From NCBI GenBank assembly GCA_050693165.1, contig JBOGVX010000231.1, forward strand, positions 1-38,729: 38,729 nt of DNA. Direction: 5' to 3'. This DNA is from Actinomycetota bacterium (GTDB lineage: Bacteria > Actinomycetota > UBA4738 > CALAEC01). The notes under the pieces are model-generated. The model was not told where the DNA came from. It did not search any database and saw only the letters and a program-made list of their open reading frames with translations. The position numbers were made by a program, and so were the translations under genes. Below are positions 16,302 through 28,813 of the stretch, one piece after another. Numbering within the stretch: the stretch's first letter is position 1; each line of letters begins with the position of its first letter.

Positions 16302-17068
16302 GGCAGCTCTCGGTCCTCCGGTCCGTCGTATCCCACGTTCTCCCAACCCACGTCCCGATAGGGGCGTTCCCGGGTCTGCTCCTCGTGCACGTGAGCCACG
16401 AACCCGGGCGGCCGGGCGATCACGTAGAAGGCCTTGCCGAGCCTCCAGTCGAGGCCCAGCTCCAAGAGTATGGCCGCCAGCGCTCCGTCCACGTTCATCC
16501 GAAGACCCTTGCCGAAGATCTGCTCGGTCACCGACTCGAAGGCCTCGGCCAGCGCGCACCACCGGCCGCGGAAGCCGAGCTCACCGGCGACCTCGAAGAG
16601 CCGTGGTGCCCGGGGGTCCGCCGTGTGCACAACGTGGCCGAAACCGGGAAGGCGCCTGCCGGATTCCTTGTGGCTCTGCGCGATCTCGGCCGCGGCCTCC
16701 GTATCCGGCTTCCCGGTCTCGTCGGCGTCGAGAAGCGCTCGAGCGCAGGCGTCCACCGCGCCGCCATGATGCTCGCCGAGAGAGGTGACGCCGGCAGCAA
16801 CCGCTGCCTGGAGCGGCACTCCGGATGAGGCGACGAAGCGGGCCGCGGCCACCGAGGGAGCGACCACGGAGTGCTCGGAGGCGGCTACCAGGCACGCATC
16901 AACCATCCGTCCCTCATTGCCCCCTGGCAGCTCGCCTGAGAGCAAGAGGAACACGACATCCCCGAACGAACGGCGCCCGACCATCTCCACCAAGTCGTAA
17001 CCGCGGACGCGGATGTCGTCCGGGCGGACGCGGGAGATCGCCGTGCGCCAGGACGGATCCTGGCTCAC
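16298..17068 (-). CDS. citryl-CoA lyase-like protein (short citrate-synthase-family form)
   Basis: 256 aa, corresponding to the citrate synthase catalytic half. Blocks include VVFLLLSGELP, SEHSVVAPS, GEHHGGA, LPGFGHVVHTADPRAPRL and the catalytic-loop-like NVDG. Confidence 0.8.
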   Translation of the reverse strand: MSQDPSWRTAISRVRPDDIRVRGYDLVEMVGRRSFGDVVFLLLSGELPGGNEGRMVDACLVAASEHSVVAPSVAAARFVASSGVPLQAAVAAGVTSLGEHHGGAVDACARALLDADETGKPDTEAAAEIAQSHKESGRRLPGFGHVVHTADPRAPRLFEVAGELGFRGRWCALAEAFESVTEQIFGKGLRMNVDGALAAILLELGLDWRLGKAFYVIARPPGFVAHVHEEQTRERPYRDVGWENVGYDGPEDRELP

Positions 17069-17099
17069 GGGCGAAGCATACCCGCGCCCGCCGTGCCGC

Positions 17100-18236
17100 C
17101 TAATGCACGAAGTCCACGACGTCGCAGCCGTGGAACACGAAGTTCATCGGGCCGAACGTTCCGCGGACGCACGCCATCGTCTCGGTCCCGTCGAGCTCCG
17201 ACTCCTGAGTCCGGAAGTGCAGCACCATGTCGAGGTCTCCGTCCCTGGTCTTCTCGTCAGTCCGCTCCAGGGCATCCTCGATATGGCCCAAGCCGTGGCT
17301 CTCCGACGCTCCTCCGCCCGCGGTCACGACGCCCTCCGGGCCGAACCGGACGGACGTCGCATGGACGGTCAAAGCGTCGAAGTCCGTCGGCAGTCCGTAC
17401 TCGCCCGCCATCGTCGTGAGGATGGCCAACGGGATCACTCCGTTCGACTTGAGGTTGAGAGGATTCTCGAAGCTTCCCGGCTTGATGTTTATCACCACGG
17501 GAACGATGCACTCGACCGTGAACGACTCCTCGGCCGTGTTGTTGCCCGGGAGCGGGTCGGTGTCATCGATGCGATCCGGCGAGATCACGCTCTTGAACGT
17601 GAAGGTGTGCGGCCCCGGCGCCTCGCAGGACAGCGTGTACTCCTCTTCCGATTCGCCGAGCTCCTCGATGCCGACGGCGGGCTCCAGCGAGGACGTCACG
17701 GTGGGGGCAACGGTCGAGCCCGCATCTGCGGAGGCGGTACCGTCGATCCGCACGTCCATCGGGGCGGACGGGCCATGGTTCGTGATGACCTCCTCGAGCG
17801 TCACCGATGCCGGCTGTCCGATCGTGATCTCGCTCGGCGGGTTCTGTGCCTCGTAGCTCACGATTTCGAGGTCGGCCTCGGCAACAACAGTGGACGTCCA
17901 GGTGAACGGATCCTCGGCATCGTCGAACACGGAGCTCGAGACGTTCCCAACCGCCTCAACCTCGACGGGGCCCCCGTTATTGTGAACGAGGTCTGCCGGG
18001 ACGTCGGCGACGATAGAGAAGGATTCCTCGTCCACCTCGCCGTTCGGGCCGAGCGCGGCCATGTTGAAGTCACATGTCAGCGTGTTCGGGGGACCCTCCA
18101 CACACCCGCCGTCGTCCGAGACGTAGTCGAGCTCGGATGGGATCACGATGGTTGCAGTCGTGTCGGCGGCGGCGTCCGGTCCCTGGTTCTGGATCGCGAC
18201 GTCGTACGTGAGCTGGGTCCCCGCCACAACCGGCTC
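17100..18236 (-). repeat. copy A of the duplicated C-terminal module (paralogous to 19601..20728)
   Basis: Protein and DNA similarity are visible by eye. The last 414 nt (17100-17513) are the most conserved part. Confidence 0.75.
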
Positions 18237-19514
18237 GGGATGGCCCACGATGGTGCCGGTCACGTTGGCCCGCGGCTCCGGCTGAACGAGCATCCCCACG
18301 CCGGGATCGGTGTCTTCCATCGATATGGCCGCACCGTTGGCCGTGTTGAAGGGCGGTGGGTCGGGAGGCGTGAACGCCTTGCTGCTGGCTGCCAGGGTGT
18401 TGTGATAGAGGAGCGGGAGTCCCTGACCATCCCCGATCCGCTGAACGTCGATGTGAAGGTGCGCATTGCTGGTGTTTCCCGAGTTGCCCACACGGCCCAG
18501 GAACTGCCCGGGCTCGACCGGCGTGGGTGGGTTCGGGGTCTGGTCTACCTGGCTGGCGTCCGAGGGACAGATGGAATCGGGCATCGTCCCCTGCTGGATG
18601 TGCGCGGTCAGGACCAGGGAATCGCCGATGTCGATCCAGACGAAGTTGCCGTAGTCGCCCACACCCGGCATGTCCGCACCTGGCGATGAGTCGTCGGGAT
18701 GGCCGTTCGCGCACCTCACGATCTCGCCGGGGGCGGTCGCGTAGAGGCCCTTGCCCCAGATGAGATAGTCATCATTCCAGTCGCCATTGCCCAGAAGCAC
18801 CGGATCGTCGGTCTTGCCGACCCACTGGATCCCGTCCCATCGGGAGACCCCCCAGTCCTCCGCGTGCCGCTCCCAGAACTGGTTCCTGTGGTGGTCGCGG
18901 AGCTGGTGGCCGGTGCCGTGCGTCCAGTACTCGCCGGGAGCGAGATCCTTCGCAGCTCCGGGGAAGGCCAGGCTGCCAAGCGGACTGTCGCCCACGTACT
19001 CAGCGAGGCCCATGGTCACCACGACGGGGTCGAAGCCGGCAAAGGTGAGCTCAACCGTGACGGAATCGGCGATCGCGTAGGGATGGACGCGTTCCTCCGG
19101 AACCCTGATTCTCTGCTGTGTTCCGACCGGGACGGTGTTTCCCGGCCATCCCTCGTCGGCGTTCGGCGCGATGACGTAGAAGCCGGTGAGGGTCTGGAAC
19201 GCGGCGACATCGACCGACACGTCGGCCGGGTCGCTGCCGCCCGTGTAGCTGATGTCGACCTTCTCAAGTATCAGCTCGTCGGGTCCGGTGTTCGTCACCC
19301 AGATGTCCTGGTTCATGCGCCAGCCATCCGGCTGCCCCGTCGTCTCGCCCGCGGTGCGCTCGACGAGTATCGCGCCGCCCTCGGACGGCTCGGCCATGTC
19401 CACCGTCAGAGGCGGCTGTGCGGCACTCGCCGGCGTCATGGGTATGAGGATCGCCAGGGTCATGGCGGCGACCGCGGGCGCGCGCCTGGTGTGCTTAGGC
19501 ATCCGTCGTTTCAT
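17100..19514 (-). CDS. large secreted protein: N-terminal domain + M23-like metallopeptidase + DUF11/CARDB-like repeats + conserved 137-aa terminal domain
   Basis: Signal peptide MKRRMPKHTRRAPAVAAMTLAILIPMTPASA. M23-type block PGEIVRCANG...GNFVWIDIGDSLVLTAHIQQG...VEPGQFLGRVGNSGNTSNAHLHIDVQ. DUF11-type repeat VVAGTQLTYDVAIQNQGPDAAADTTATIVIPSELDYVS...C...LTC. The terminal domain is shared with the next gene. SD is AGAGAGGGAGAG. Confidence 0.88.
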   Translation of the reverse strand: MKRRMPKHTRRAPAVAAMTLAILIPMTPASAAQPPLTVDMAEPSEGGAILVERTAGETTGQPDGWRMNQDIWVTNTGPDELILEKVDISYTGGSDPADVSVDVAAFQTLTGFYVIAPNADEGWPGNTVPVGTQQRIRVPEERVHPYAIADSVTVELTFAGFDPVVVTMGLAEYVGDSPLGSLAFPGAAKDLAPGEYWTHGTGHQLRDHHRNQFWERHAEDWGVSRWDGIQWVGKTDDPVLLGNGDWNDDYLIWGKGLYATAPGEIVRCANGHPDDSSPGADMPGVGDYGNFVWIDIGDSLVLTAHIQQGTMPDSICPSDASQVDQTPNPPTPVEPGQFLGRVGNSGNTSNAHLHIDVQRIGDGQGLPLLYHNTLAASSKAFTPPDPPPFNTANGAAISMEDTDPGVGMLVQPEPRANVTGTIVGHPEPVVAGTQLTYDVAIQNQGPDAAADTTATIVIPSELDYVSDDGGCVEGPPNTLTCDFNMAALGPNGEVDEESFSIVADVPADLVHNNGGPVEVEAVGNVSSSVFDDAEDPFTWTSTVVAEADLEIVSYEAQNPPSEITIGQPASVTLEEVITNHGPSAPMDVRIDGTASADAGSTVAPTVTSSLEPAVGIEELGESEEEYTLSCEAPGPHTFTFKSVISPDRIDDTDPLPGNNTAEESFTVECIVPVVINIKPGSFENPLNLKSNGVIPLAILTTMAGEYGLPTDFDALTVHATSVRFGPEGVVTAGGGASESHGLGHIEDALERTDEKTRDGDLDMVLHFRTQESELDGTETMACVRGTFGPMNFVFHGCDVVDFVH

Positions 19515-19557
19515 AGTGCTCTCCCTCTCTTTCGATCAGCGTCTGATTAACCGATCG

Positions 19558-19591
19558 GTGCTGGGCCCGGTCCCGAGACCCGGCCCAGCAC
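19558..19591 (-). terminator. GC-rich hairpin between the two giant genes (possible terminator/attenuator or RNA processing site)
   Basis: GTGCTGGGCC (19558-19567) pairs perfectly with GGCCCAGCAC (19582-19591). It starts 10 nt downstream of the stop at 19601. No clear U-tract follows. Confidence 0.4.
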
Positions 19592-19600
19592 CCAGTCGAG

Positions 19601-23638
<4,038 letters not shown>

Positions 23639-23793
23639 GATGCTCCCTCTCTTTCGGGCCCTCGGGCAGGGGGCCGGGCCGGGAGAGCGTAAGTCAATAT
23701 GCGTAGGGTGTAAACCCCGAATCCGGTCGAATCCGTGACGGAGAACGAACCGCCCCGTTGCCGGATACCACCCGATTGCAGGAGGATGGGGGC

Positions 23794-24198
23794 ATGCGGA
23801 CAAAGCGGGCGGTGGCGGCCTCGACGGTCCTCGTCATCACTTTCACGTTCGCCCTGTCCGCTCCGCCGGTATGGTCGGCATCGCGGCCCGCGGCCCGGAA
23901 GCTCAGGGCGGCCCCGGACTGCGACCCGCCGGGCACGCCTGTCGTGGGGCTCAGGTGGGCCCCCGGCCGGGGAACCGCCCAACGGGTTCAGTACACGGAG
24001 TTCTTCAACGGCTTCGAGACTGGCCAGTTCGACCGCAGCCGAAGGCTCGAGGGTGACGACGGCCGGCACCGGCTCCGGGGCACGGTGTCCGGATACCACT
24101 ACCGATGGCGGGTGGTGACCCTGTACGGGCGTAAGTGGGTGGCCAGCCGGATCGACGAGTTCGACGGTCCCGTGTGCGTGCAGGACCAGGATCCCTAA
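23794..24198 (+). CDS. small secreted hypothetical protein
   Basis: ATG at 23794 lies 8 nt after AGGAGG. The track start at 23758 is a TTG. Signal peptide MRTKRAVAASTVLVITFTFALSAPPVWSA. The mature ~105 aa carry two Cys (APDCDPPG, GPVCVQ). No recognisable family. Confidence 0.55.
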   Translation: MRTKRAVAASTVLVITFTFALSAPPVWSASRPAARKLRAAPDCDPPGTPVVGLRWAPGRGTAQRVQYTEFFNGFETGQFDRSRRLEGDDGRHRLRGTVSGYHYRWRVVTLYGRKWVASRIDEFDGPVCVQDQDP

Positions 24199-24207
24199 AC
24201 CGGGCGG

Positions 24208-26178
24208 CTATGCGCCTCGGCCGATGAGGTCGGCGATCTCGCCCATCATCCGGGTGAGGTCGTGGTCCTTCGGCGTGTAGATGCGGGCGGCGCCGAGGCT
24301 GAGGAGCTTCTCGGCATCCTCGTCCGGGATCACGCCGCCGACGACGACGGGAACATGCTGGGGGTCGACACCCTGCTCGCGGAGCCGGTCGAGGACCTCC
24401 GGCACCAGAAGGTTGTGCGCGCCCGATAGCACCGAGAGGCCGATGACGTGCACGTCCTCCTCGGTCGCGGCTCGAGCGATCTGCTCCGGCGTGAGCCTGA
24501 TGCCCTGGTAGATCACCTCGAAGCCGGCGTCGCGCGCTCGCACGGCGACCTGCTCGGCGGCATTCGAGTGGCCGTCGAGGCCCGGCTTTGCGACCAGCAT
24601 CCGCAAGCGCTTCACGCCCGCGCGCGAGGCTGCCTGCTCCACCTTGCCGCGCACCTCCTTCATCCGCTCCGGCGAGACGCCGGCCTGCGCGGCGGCCGAG
24701 ACGCCGGTCGGCGCGCGGTAATCGCCGAAGACATCCCGGAGCGCGCCCGCCCACTCTCCGGTCGTGACTCCGGCTGCGGCAGCCTCGATGGAGATGGGCA
24801 CCAGGTTCTCGCCGCCCGCAGCCGCCCTGCGCAGCACGTCGAGCGCGGTGGTCGCCGCGGCCGCATCACGCGAGGCGCGCCAGCGCTCCAGGGACTCGAC
24901 CTGCTGGGCCTCGGCCTCGGGATCGATCTGGTGGTAGGCGAGGCCTTCATCCAGGCCCTCGACCAGCGGTGAGGGCTCGGTCTCCTCGTATCGGTTGATG
25001 CCGACGACCGTTCGCTCGCCGGTCTCGATCTGACGCAGCCGCTCGGCGTGCTCGGCCACCAGGCGTTCCTTCATGTAGCCCAGCGCCTCGACCGACCCGC
25101 CCTGCTGGAGGATCCGCTGGAGCTCATCCCAGGCTTCGGTCTCGATCCTCTCCGTGAGCTCGTCGATCACCTTCGACCCCGCGAAAATATCTCCGTGCTC
25201 CAGCAGGTCGGTCTCCTCGGCGAGGACCTGCTGAGCGCGAAGCGACCACTGCTGGTCCCAAGCGCGCGGAAGCCCCAGTGCCTCGTTCCACGCCGGAAGC
25301 TGCACGGCTCGAGCGCGCGCGTCCTTCGACAGCGTCACCGCAAGCATCTCGAGCAGGATCCTGTAGACGTTGTTCTCGGGCTGCTGCGCGGTGAGCCCGA
25401 GGGAGTTGACCTGAACGCCGTAGCGGAACCTGCGGAACTTCTCGTCCTCCACACCGTAACGCTCGCGGGTTATGCGATCCCACATCCGCGCCATCGCGCG
25501 CATCTTGCCCGCCTCTTCCACGAACCGGATCCCAGCGTTGCAGAAGAACGAGATGCGGCCGACCAGCCTCGGGATGTCGTCCTCCGTCACCGCACCAGTG
25601 GCCTTGACGCCGTCCAGGACCGCGATCGCATTGGCCATCGTGAAAGCCGTCTCGAGGACGGGGCCCGCCCCCGCCTCCTGCAGGTGGTACGAGCAAACGT
25701 TGATCGGGTTCCACTTGGGGACCTCGTGGAGCGTCCACGTGATGAGGTCCGTGGTGAGACGCATCGAGGGCTCCGGCGGGAACGCGTATGTCCCGCGCGA
25801 GAGGTACTCCTTGAGGATGTCGTTCTGCGTGGTTCCGCTCAGTTCCGAGCGGTCGGCCCCCTGTTCGTCCGCGACAGCGGTGTAGAGGGCGAGCAGCCAA
25901 AGAGCGGTCGCGTTGATCGTCATCGAGGTGTTCATCTCGCCGAGCGGGATGCCGTCGAAGACGCCGCGCATGTCGCCGAGGTGGCCTATCGGGACGCCCA
26001 CCCGGCCGACCTCGCCCTTGGACATCGGATGGTCCGAGTCGTAACCGCACTGCGTGGGGAGGTCGAAAGCGACCGACAGACCCGTCTGGCCCTTGCCTAG
26101 ATTGGCCTTGAACCGCTCGTTGGTCTGTTGCGGCGTGGCGTAGCCAGCGTACGTGCGGTAGATCCAGGGTTTGTCCAT
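24208..26178 (-). CDS. ecm: ethylmalonyl-CoA mutase-type (MeaA/Ecm) B12-dependent acyl-CoA mutase, fused large + B12-binding domains
   Basis: ATG at 26178 (MDKPWIYRTYAG) avoids overlap with the upstream gene. GQTGLSVAFDLPTQCGYDSDHPMSKGEVGRVGVPIGHLGDMRGVFDGIPLGEMNTSMTINATALWLLALY and KWNPINVCSYHLQEAGA match the Ecm/MeaA pattern better than MCM. The ~656-aa length fits. The C-terminal B12 domain reads KPGLDGHSNAAEQVA. Confidence 0.88.
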   Translation of the reverse strand: MDKPWIYRTYAGYATPQQTNERFKANLGKGQTGLSVAFDLPTQCGYDSDHPMSKGEVGRVGVPIGHLGDMRGVFDGIPLGEMNTSMTINATALWLLALYTAVADEQGADRSELSGTTQNDILKEYLSRGTYAFPPEPSMRLTTDLITWTLHEVPKWNPINVCSYHLQEAGAGPVLETAFTMANAIAVLDGVKATGAVTEDDIPRLVGRISFFCNAGIRFVEEAGKMRAMARMWDRITRERYGVEDEKFRRFRYGVQVNSLGLTAQQPENNVYRILLEMLAVTLSKDARARAVQLPAWNEALGLPRAWDQQWSLRAQQVLAEETDLLEHGDIFAGSKVIDELTERIETEAWDELQRILQQGGSVEALGYMKERLVAEHAERLRQIETGERTVVGINRYEETEPSPLVEGLDEGLAYHQIDPEAEAQQVESLERWRASRDAAAATTALDVLRRAAAGGENLVPISIEAAAAGVTTGEWAGALRDVFGDYRAPTGVSAAAQAGVSPERMKEVRGKVEQAASRAGVKRLRMLVAKPGLDGHSNAAEQVAVRARDAGFEVIYQGIRLTPEQIARAATEEDVHVIGLSVLSGAHNLLVPEVLDRLREQGVDPQHVPVVVGGVIPDEDAEKLLSLGAARIYTPKDHDLTRMMGEIADLIGRGA

Positions 26179-26224
26179 GCGGGAATCGGCCTCCGACCGA
26201 AGTATACGAGGAGGGTCGTTCCGA

Positions 26225-27391
26225 CTAGTTACCCGAGCCGCCCACTCCACATACCTCGTTGAGGTACACATAGGGGCTCACGGCCGAGCCTCCACCGGGG
26301 TGATACTCGAAGTGATCGTGCGGCGACGTCCCTTGAGCGTTCCCAGTGTTCCCCACGAAGCCGATCGTGTCTCCGGGCTGGACGTGCTGACCGTCCACGC
26401 CGGCATGTCGGATCAGGTGCGCGTTGTAGACGTAGTCGGCGTTCGCATCAGCGTAGACATGAACCACGATCCCGCCGAGACCGTCGGTCCCCTCTTCAGC
26501 TGTACCGGCGAAGGGAGCATGGATGGGCGTCCCCGCACCGGCGAAGATGTCGTTGCCCTGATGCGTATGGCCCACGCGAGGGAAACCGAAGTCGTCGATG
26601 TATGAGCGTGGCGACCCGACGGGACACCAGTAGAAGGGACCGTCGGCCGAAGGCGGCGGCGCCGCGGGGTTACCCGGGTTGAGCCCGTACTGGCCGAGCA
26701 GCTGGTTGGCGATCTTCGCTTCCAGATCTCTGACGACGTCAGCGGCCTCCTCGACCTTCTCCGCCAGGGCGTCCCTCGCTGCGTCGTACTCCGCGCGCTT
26801 GGCCTCGACCGCGACCTTGTCCTCCTCCAGCGTGTCCACCAGCTTTTTCTTCTCGTCGAGGTACCGCCTGAGCTGGGAACGAAACTCCGCGATCCGCTGC
26901 CGCTCCACCCGCAGCCCGTCGGCCACGTTGGCGTCCGCCTCGCTAAGAACCTCGAGATAACCGATCCGGTTCGCCAGGTTGATAAGGGAGTCCGCTTCCA
27001 GCACGAGCTCGAGACCCCCGGCCGGGCCTCGGATGTACGCGTCACGTGCTCGCTCGTTGAGGCTCTCTTGCAGCTCTTCGGCCGCGGCGCGCGAAACTGC
27101 CATCTCCTCCTCCGCCAGCGTCCGCGCCATGTTGAGAGCCTCGATCTGGTTTGTCGCTTGAGCCAGACGAGTGGTGATGCTCAAGAGCTCCGAGAAGAGG
27201 GCATTCGCCTGCTGTCTGATCGGCCGGAGCTCCTTACGCAGCACCTGGAGTTGTTTGCGGGCCCGGCTCAGCTGTGCCTGTGTGTCCGCCGCGAGCACGA
27301 ACGACGGCTGGGTAAGGGCGAGAAGGAGCAGCACGGCTCCGGCGACGACACGGAGCCGTCCAGGCCACGATCCCCGGCTCGTGCTGGTCAC
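26225..27391 (-). CDS. M23 family metallopeptidase with N-terminal anchor and long coiled coil (EnvC-like architecture, catalytic motifs intact)
   Basis: GTG at 27391 follows GAGG; the track start is 27472. TM/signal LRVVAGAVLLLLALTQPSFVLA, then a ~200-aa heptad-rich region. The M23 core reads HTHQGNDIFA ... GDTIGFVGNTGNAQGTSPHDHFEYH. Confidence 0.85.
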   Translation of the reverse strand: MTSTSRGSWPGRLRVVAGAVLLLLALTQPSFVLAADTQAQLSRARKQLQVLRKELRPIRQQANALFSELLSITTRLAQATNQIEALNMARTLAEEEMAVSRAAAEELQESLNERARDAYIRGPAGGLELVLEADSLINLANRIGYLEVLSEADANVADGLRVERQRIAEFRSQLRRYLDEKKKLVDTLEEDKVAVEAKRAEYDAARDALAEKVEEAADVVRDLEAKIANQLLGQYGLNPGNPAAPPPSADGPFYWCPVGSPRSYIDDFGFPRVGHTHQGNDIFAGAGTPIHAPFAGTAEEGTDGLGGIVVHVYADANADYVYNAHLIRHAGVDGQHVQPGDTIGFVGNTGNAQGTSPHDHFEYHPGGGSAVSPYVYLNEVCGVGGSGN

Positions 27392-27491
27392 GACACCTCT
27401 ATCCGTATCCGATTGCGCGCGTACGCGTCTAACTCCTCGAATCTGACCCTCACAGGGGTGAGATTCAAGCACCGGGAGGTGAAATAAGTGG

Positions 27492-28661
27492 TCAGGACCT
27501 GAATCGGGTCTCGGGGAGGCCGAGATCGCGAGCGAACAGCACGCGCTGGATCTCGCTGGTTCCTTCCCCGATCTCGAGGACCTTCGAGTCGCGGTAGTAG
27601 CGCGCGACAGGGAACTCCTCGGTGAATCCGTACCCGCCGTGGACCTGGACGGCCTCTCGCGCGGACGTGACCGCGCACTCGGTCGCGTAGAGCTTCGCCA
27701 GCGATGCCTCGGCCTTGTAGGGCCTCCCCTGATCCCGGAGCCATGCGGCCTTGTAGACAGCGAGCCGCGAGGTCTCGAGGCGCACCTTCATGTCGGCGAT
27801 CTTGAACTGAAGGCCCTGGAACGCCCCGATGGGCTTGCCGAACGCCTCGCGCTCCTTCGAGTACTTGACGCTCTCGTCCACGCAGCCCTGCTGCAGGCCG
27901 ACCGCCAGCGCGGCGATGGCGACGCGGCCGTCGTCGAGCGTCTTGAGGAACTGCGCGAAGCCGCTGCCACGCTCGCCGAGCATGTTCCCTTCGGGCACGC
28001 GAACGTCGTCGAACGCGAGCTCGTGAGTATCCGAGGCTCTCCAGCCGAGCTTGCGGTAGTGCGGCCCGACCGTGAAGCCCGGCGTGTCGCTCGGGACGAG
28101 GATCGCGGAGATCTCCGGCGAGCCATCCTCGTGCTCACCGGTGCGAGCCGTGATCGTGCACACTTTCGAGATGTCGGTTCCGGAGTTCGTGATGAAGGCC
28201 TTGGAGCCGTTGATGACCCACTCGCCCCCGTCGAGCTTCGCCGTCGTCTTGATCGACTCCGCATCGGAACCGCCGGCAGGCTCGGTTAGACCGAACGAGC
28301 CGAGGATCTCGCCCCGGGCCATCGGCACGAGCCACTGCTGCTTCTGCTCCTCGGTGCCGTTGTAGAAGACGGGGTTCGCACCGAGCCCCACGCCCGCCTC
28401 GAGGGTGATCGCTATCGAGGAGTCGATGCGCGCTAGCTCCTCGATCGCGAGACACAGCGTGGTGAGGTCGGCGCCCTGTCCGCCGTACTCCTCGGGGAAC
28501 GGGATGCCAAAGAGTCCGAGCTCCCCCATCTGCTTGACGATGTCGAGGGGCAGCTCCTCGGCCTTGTCCATCTCCTCGCAGCGAGGGGCGACTACCTCCT
28601 CGGCGAACTCCCGGACGGCCTTGCGGAACTGATCCTGCTCGGGCGTGAAGTCGAAGTCCAT
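27492..28661 (-). CDS. acyl-CoA dehydrogenase (short/branched-chain type, ~389 aa)
   Basis: ATG at 28661 (MDFDFTPEQDQFRKAVREFAEE) is the typical ACAD N-terminus; the upstream 36 codons of the track ORF are junk. Other blocks are GSFGLTEPAGGSDA, WVINGSKAFITN and the catalytic-Glu block LEIGEGTSEIQR. Confidence 0.92.
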   Translation of the reverse strand: MDFDFTPEQDQFRKAVREFAEEVVAPRCEEMDKAEELPLDIVKQMGELGLFGIPFPEEYGGQGADLTTLCLAIEELARIDSSIAITLEAGVGLGANPVFYNGTEEQKQQWLVPMARGEILGSFGLTEPAGGSDAESIKTTAKLDGGEWVINGSKAFITNSGTDISKVCTITARTGEHEDGSPEISAILVPSDTPGFTVGPHYRKLGWRASDTHELAFDDVRVPEGNMLGERGSGFAQFLKTLDDGRVAIAALAVGLQQGCVDESVKYSKEREAFGKPIGAFQGLQFKIADMKVRLETSRLAVYKAAWLRDQGRPYKAEASLAKLYATECAVTSAREAVQVHGGYGFTEEFPVARYYRDSKVLEIGEGTSEIQRVLFARDLGLPETRFRS

Positions 28662-28716
28662 CGGTAGGCCAAAAATACCGCAATCCCCGGCTCCTCCCCA
28701 TCCAGGGCACGCGCAC

Positions 28717-28738
28717 GAATTAGCAGAGATGCTAATTC
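28717..28738. promoter_or_regulatory. inverted repeat GAATTAGCA-gaga-TGCTAATTC, candidate operator upstream of the acyl-CoA dehydrogenase gene
   Basis: Perfect 9+9 bp arms with a 4-nt spacer. It is AT-rich in a GC-rich intergenic gap (28662-28813), 56-77 nt upstream of the ATG at 28661. A TTGACT hexamer (complement of 28771-28776) lies just upstream on the coding strand. Confidence 0.4.
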
Positions 28739-28813
28739 TTGCGAGTGAGGACATGGGTCCCGCCGTCACGAGTCAACGAATCCGCTTACTTCAGAGAGGG
28801 TGAAAGCGCGGGG

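Noticed and set aside
15894-16562. The long 222-aa form of the small ORF. The same applies to the long N-terminal extensions of 19601..23803, 24208..26271, 27492..28769, 31092..31601, 31463..32770 and 34325..36088.
   Set aside because: The extensions are Arg/Gly-rich, overlap upstream genes and lack SD sites. Internal starts give canonical N-termini, signal peptides, SD sites or start/stop overlaps.
26179-26224. A cobalamin riboswitch upstream of the B12-dependent mutase.
   Set aside because: Only 46 nt separate the mutase start from the upstream stop, which is far too short for a B12 element, and no B12-box-like sequence is seen.
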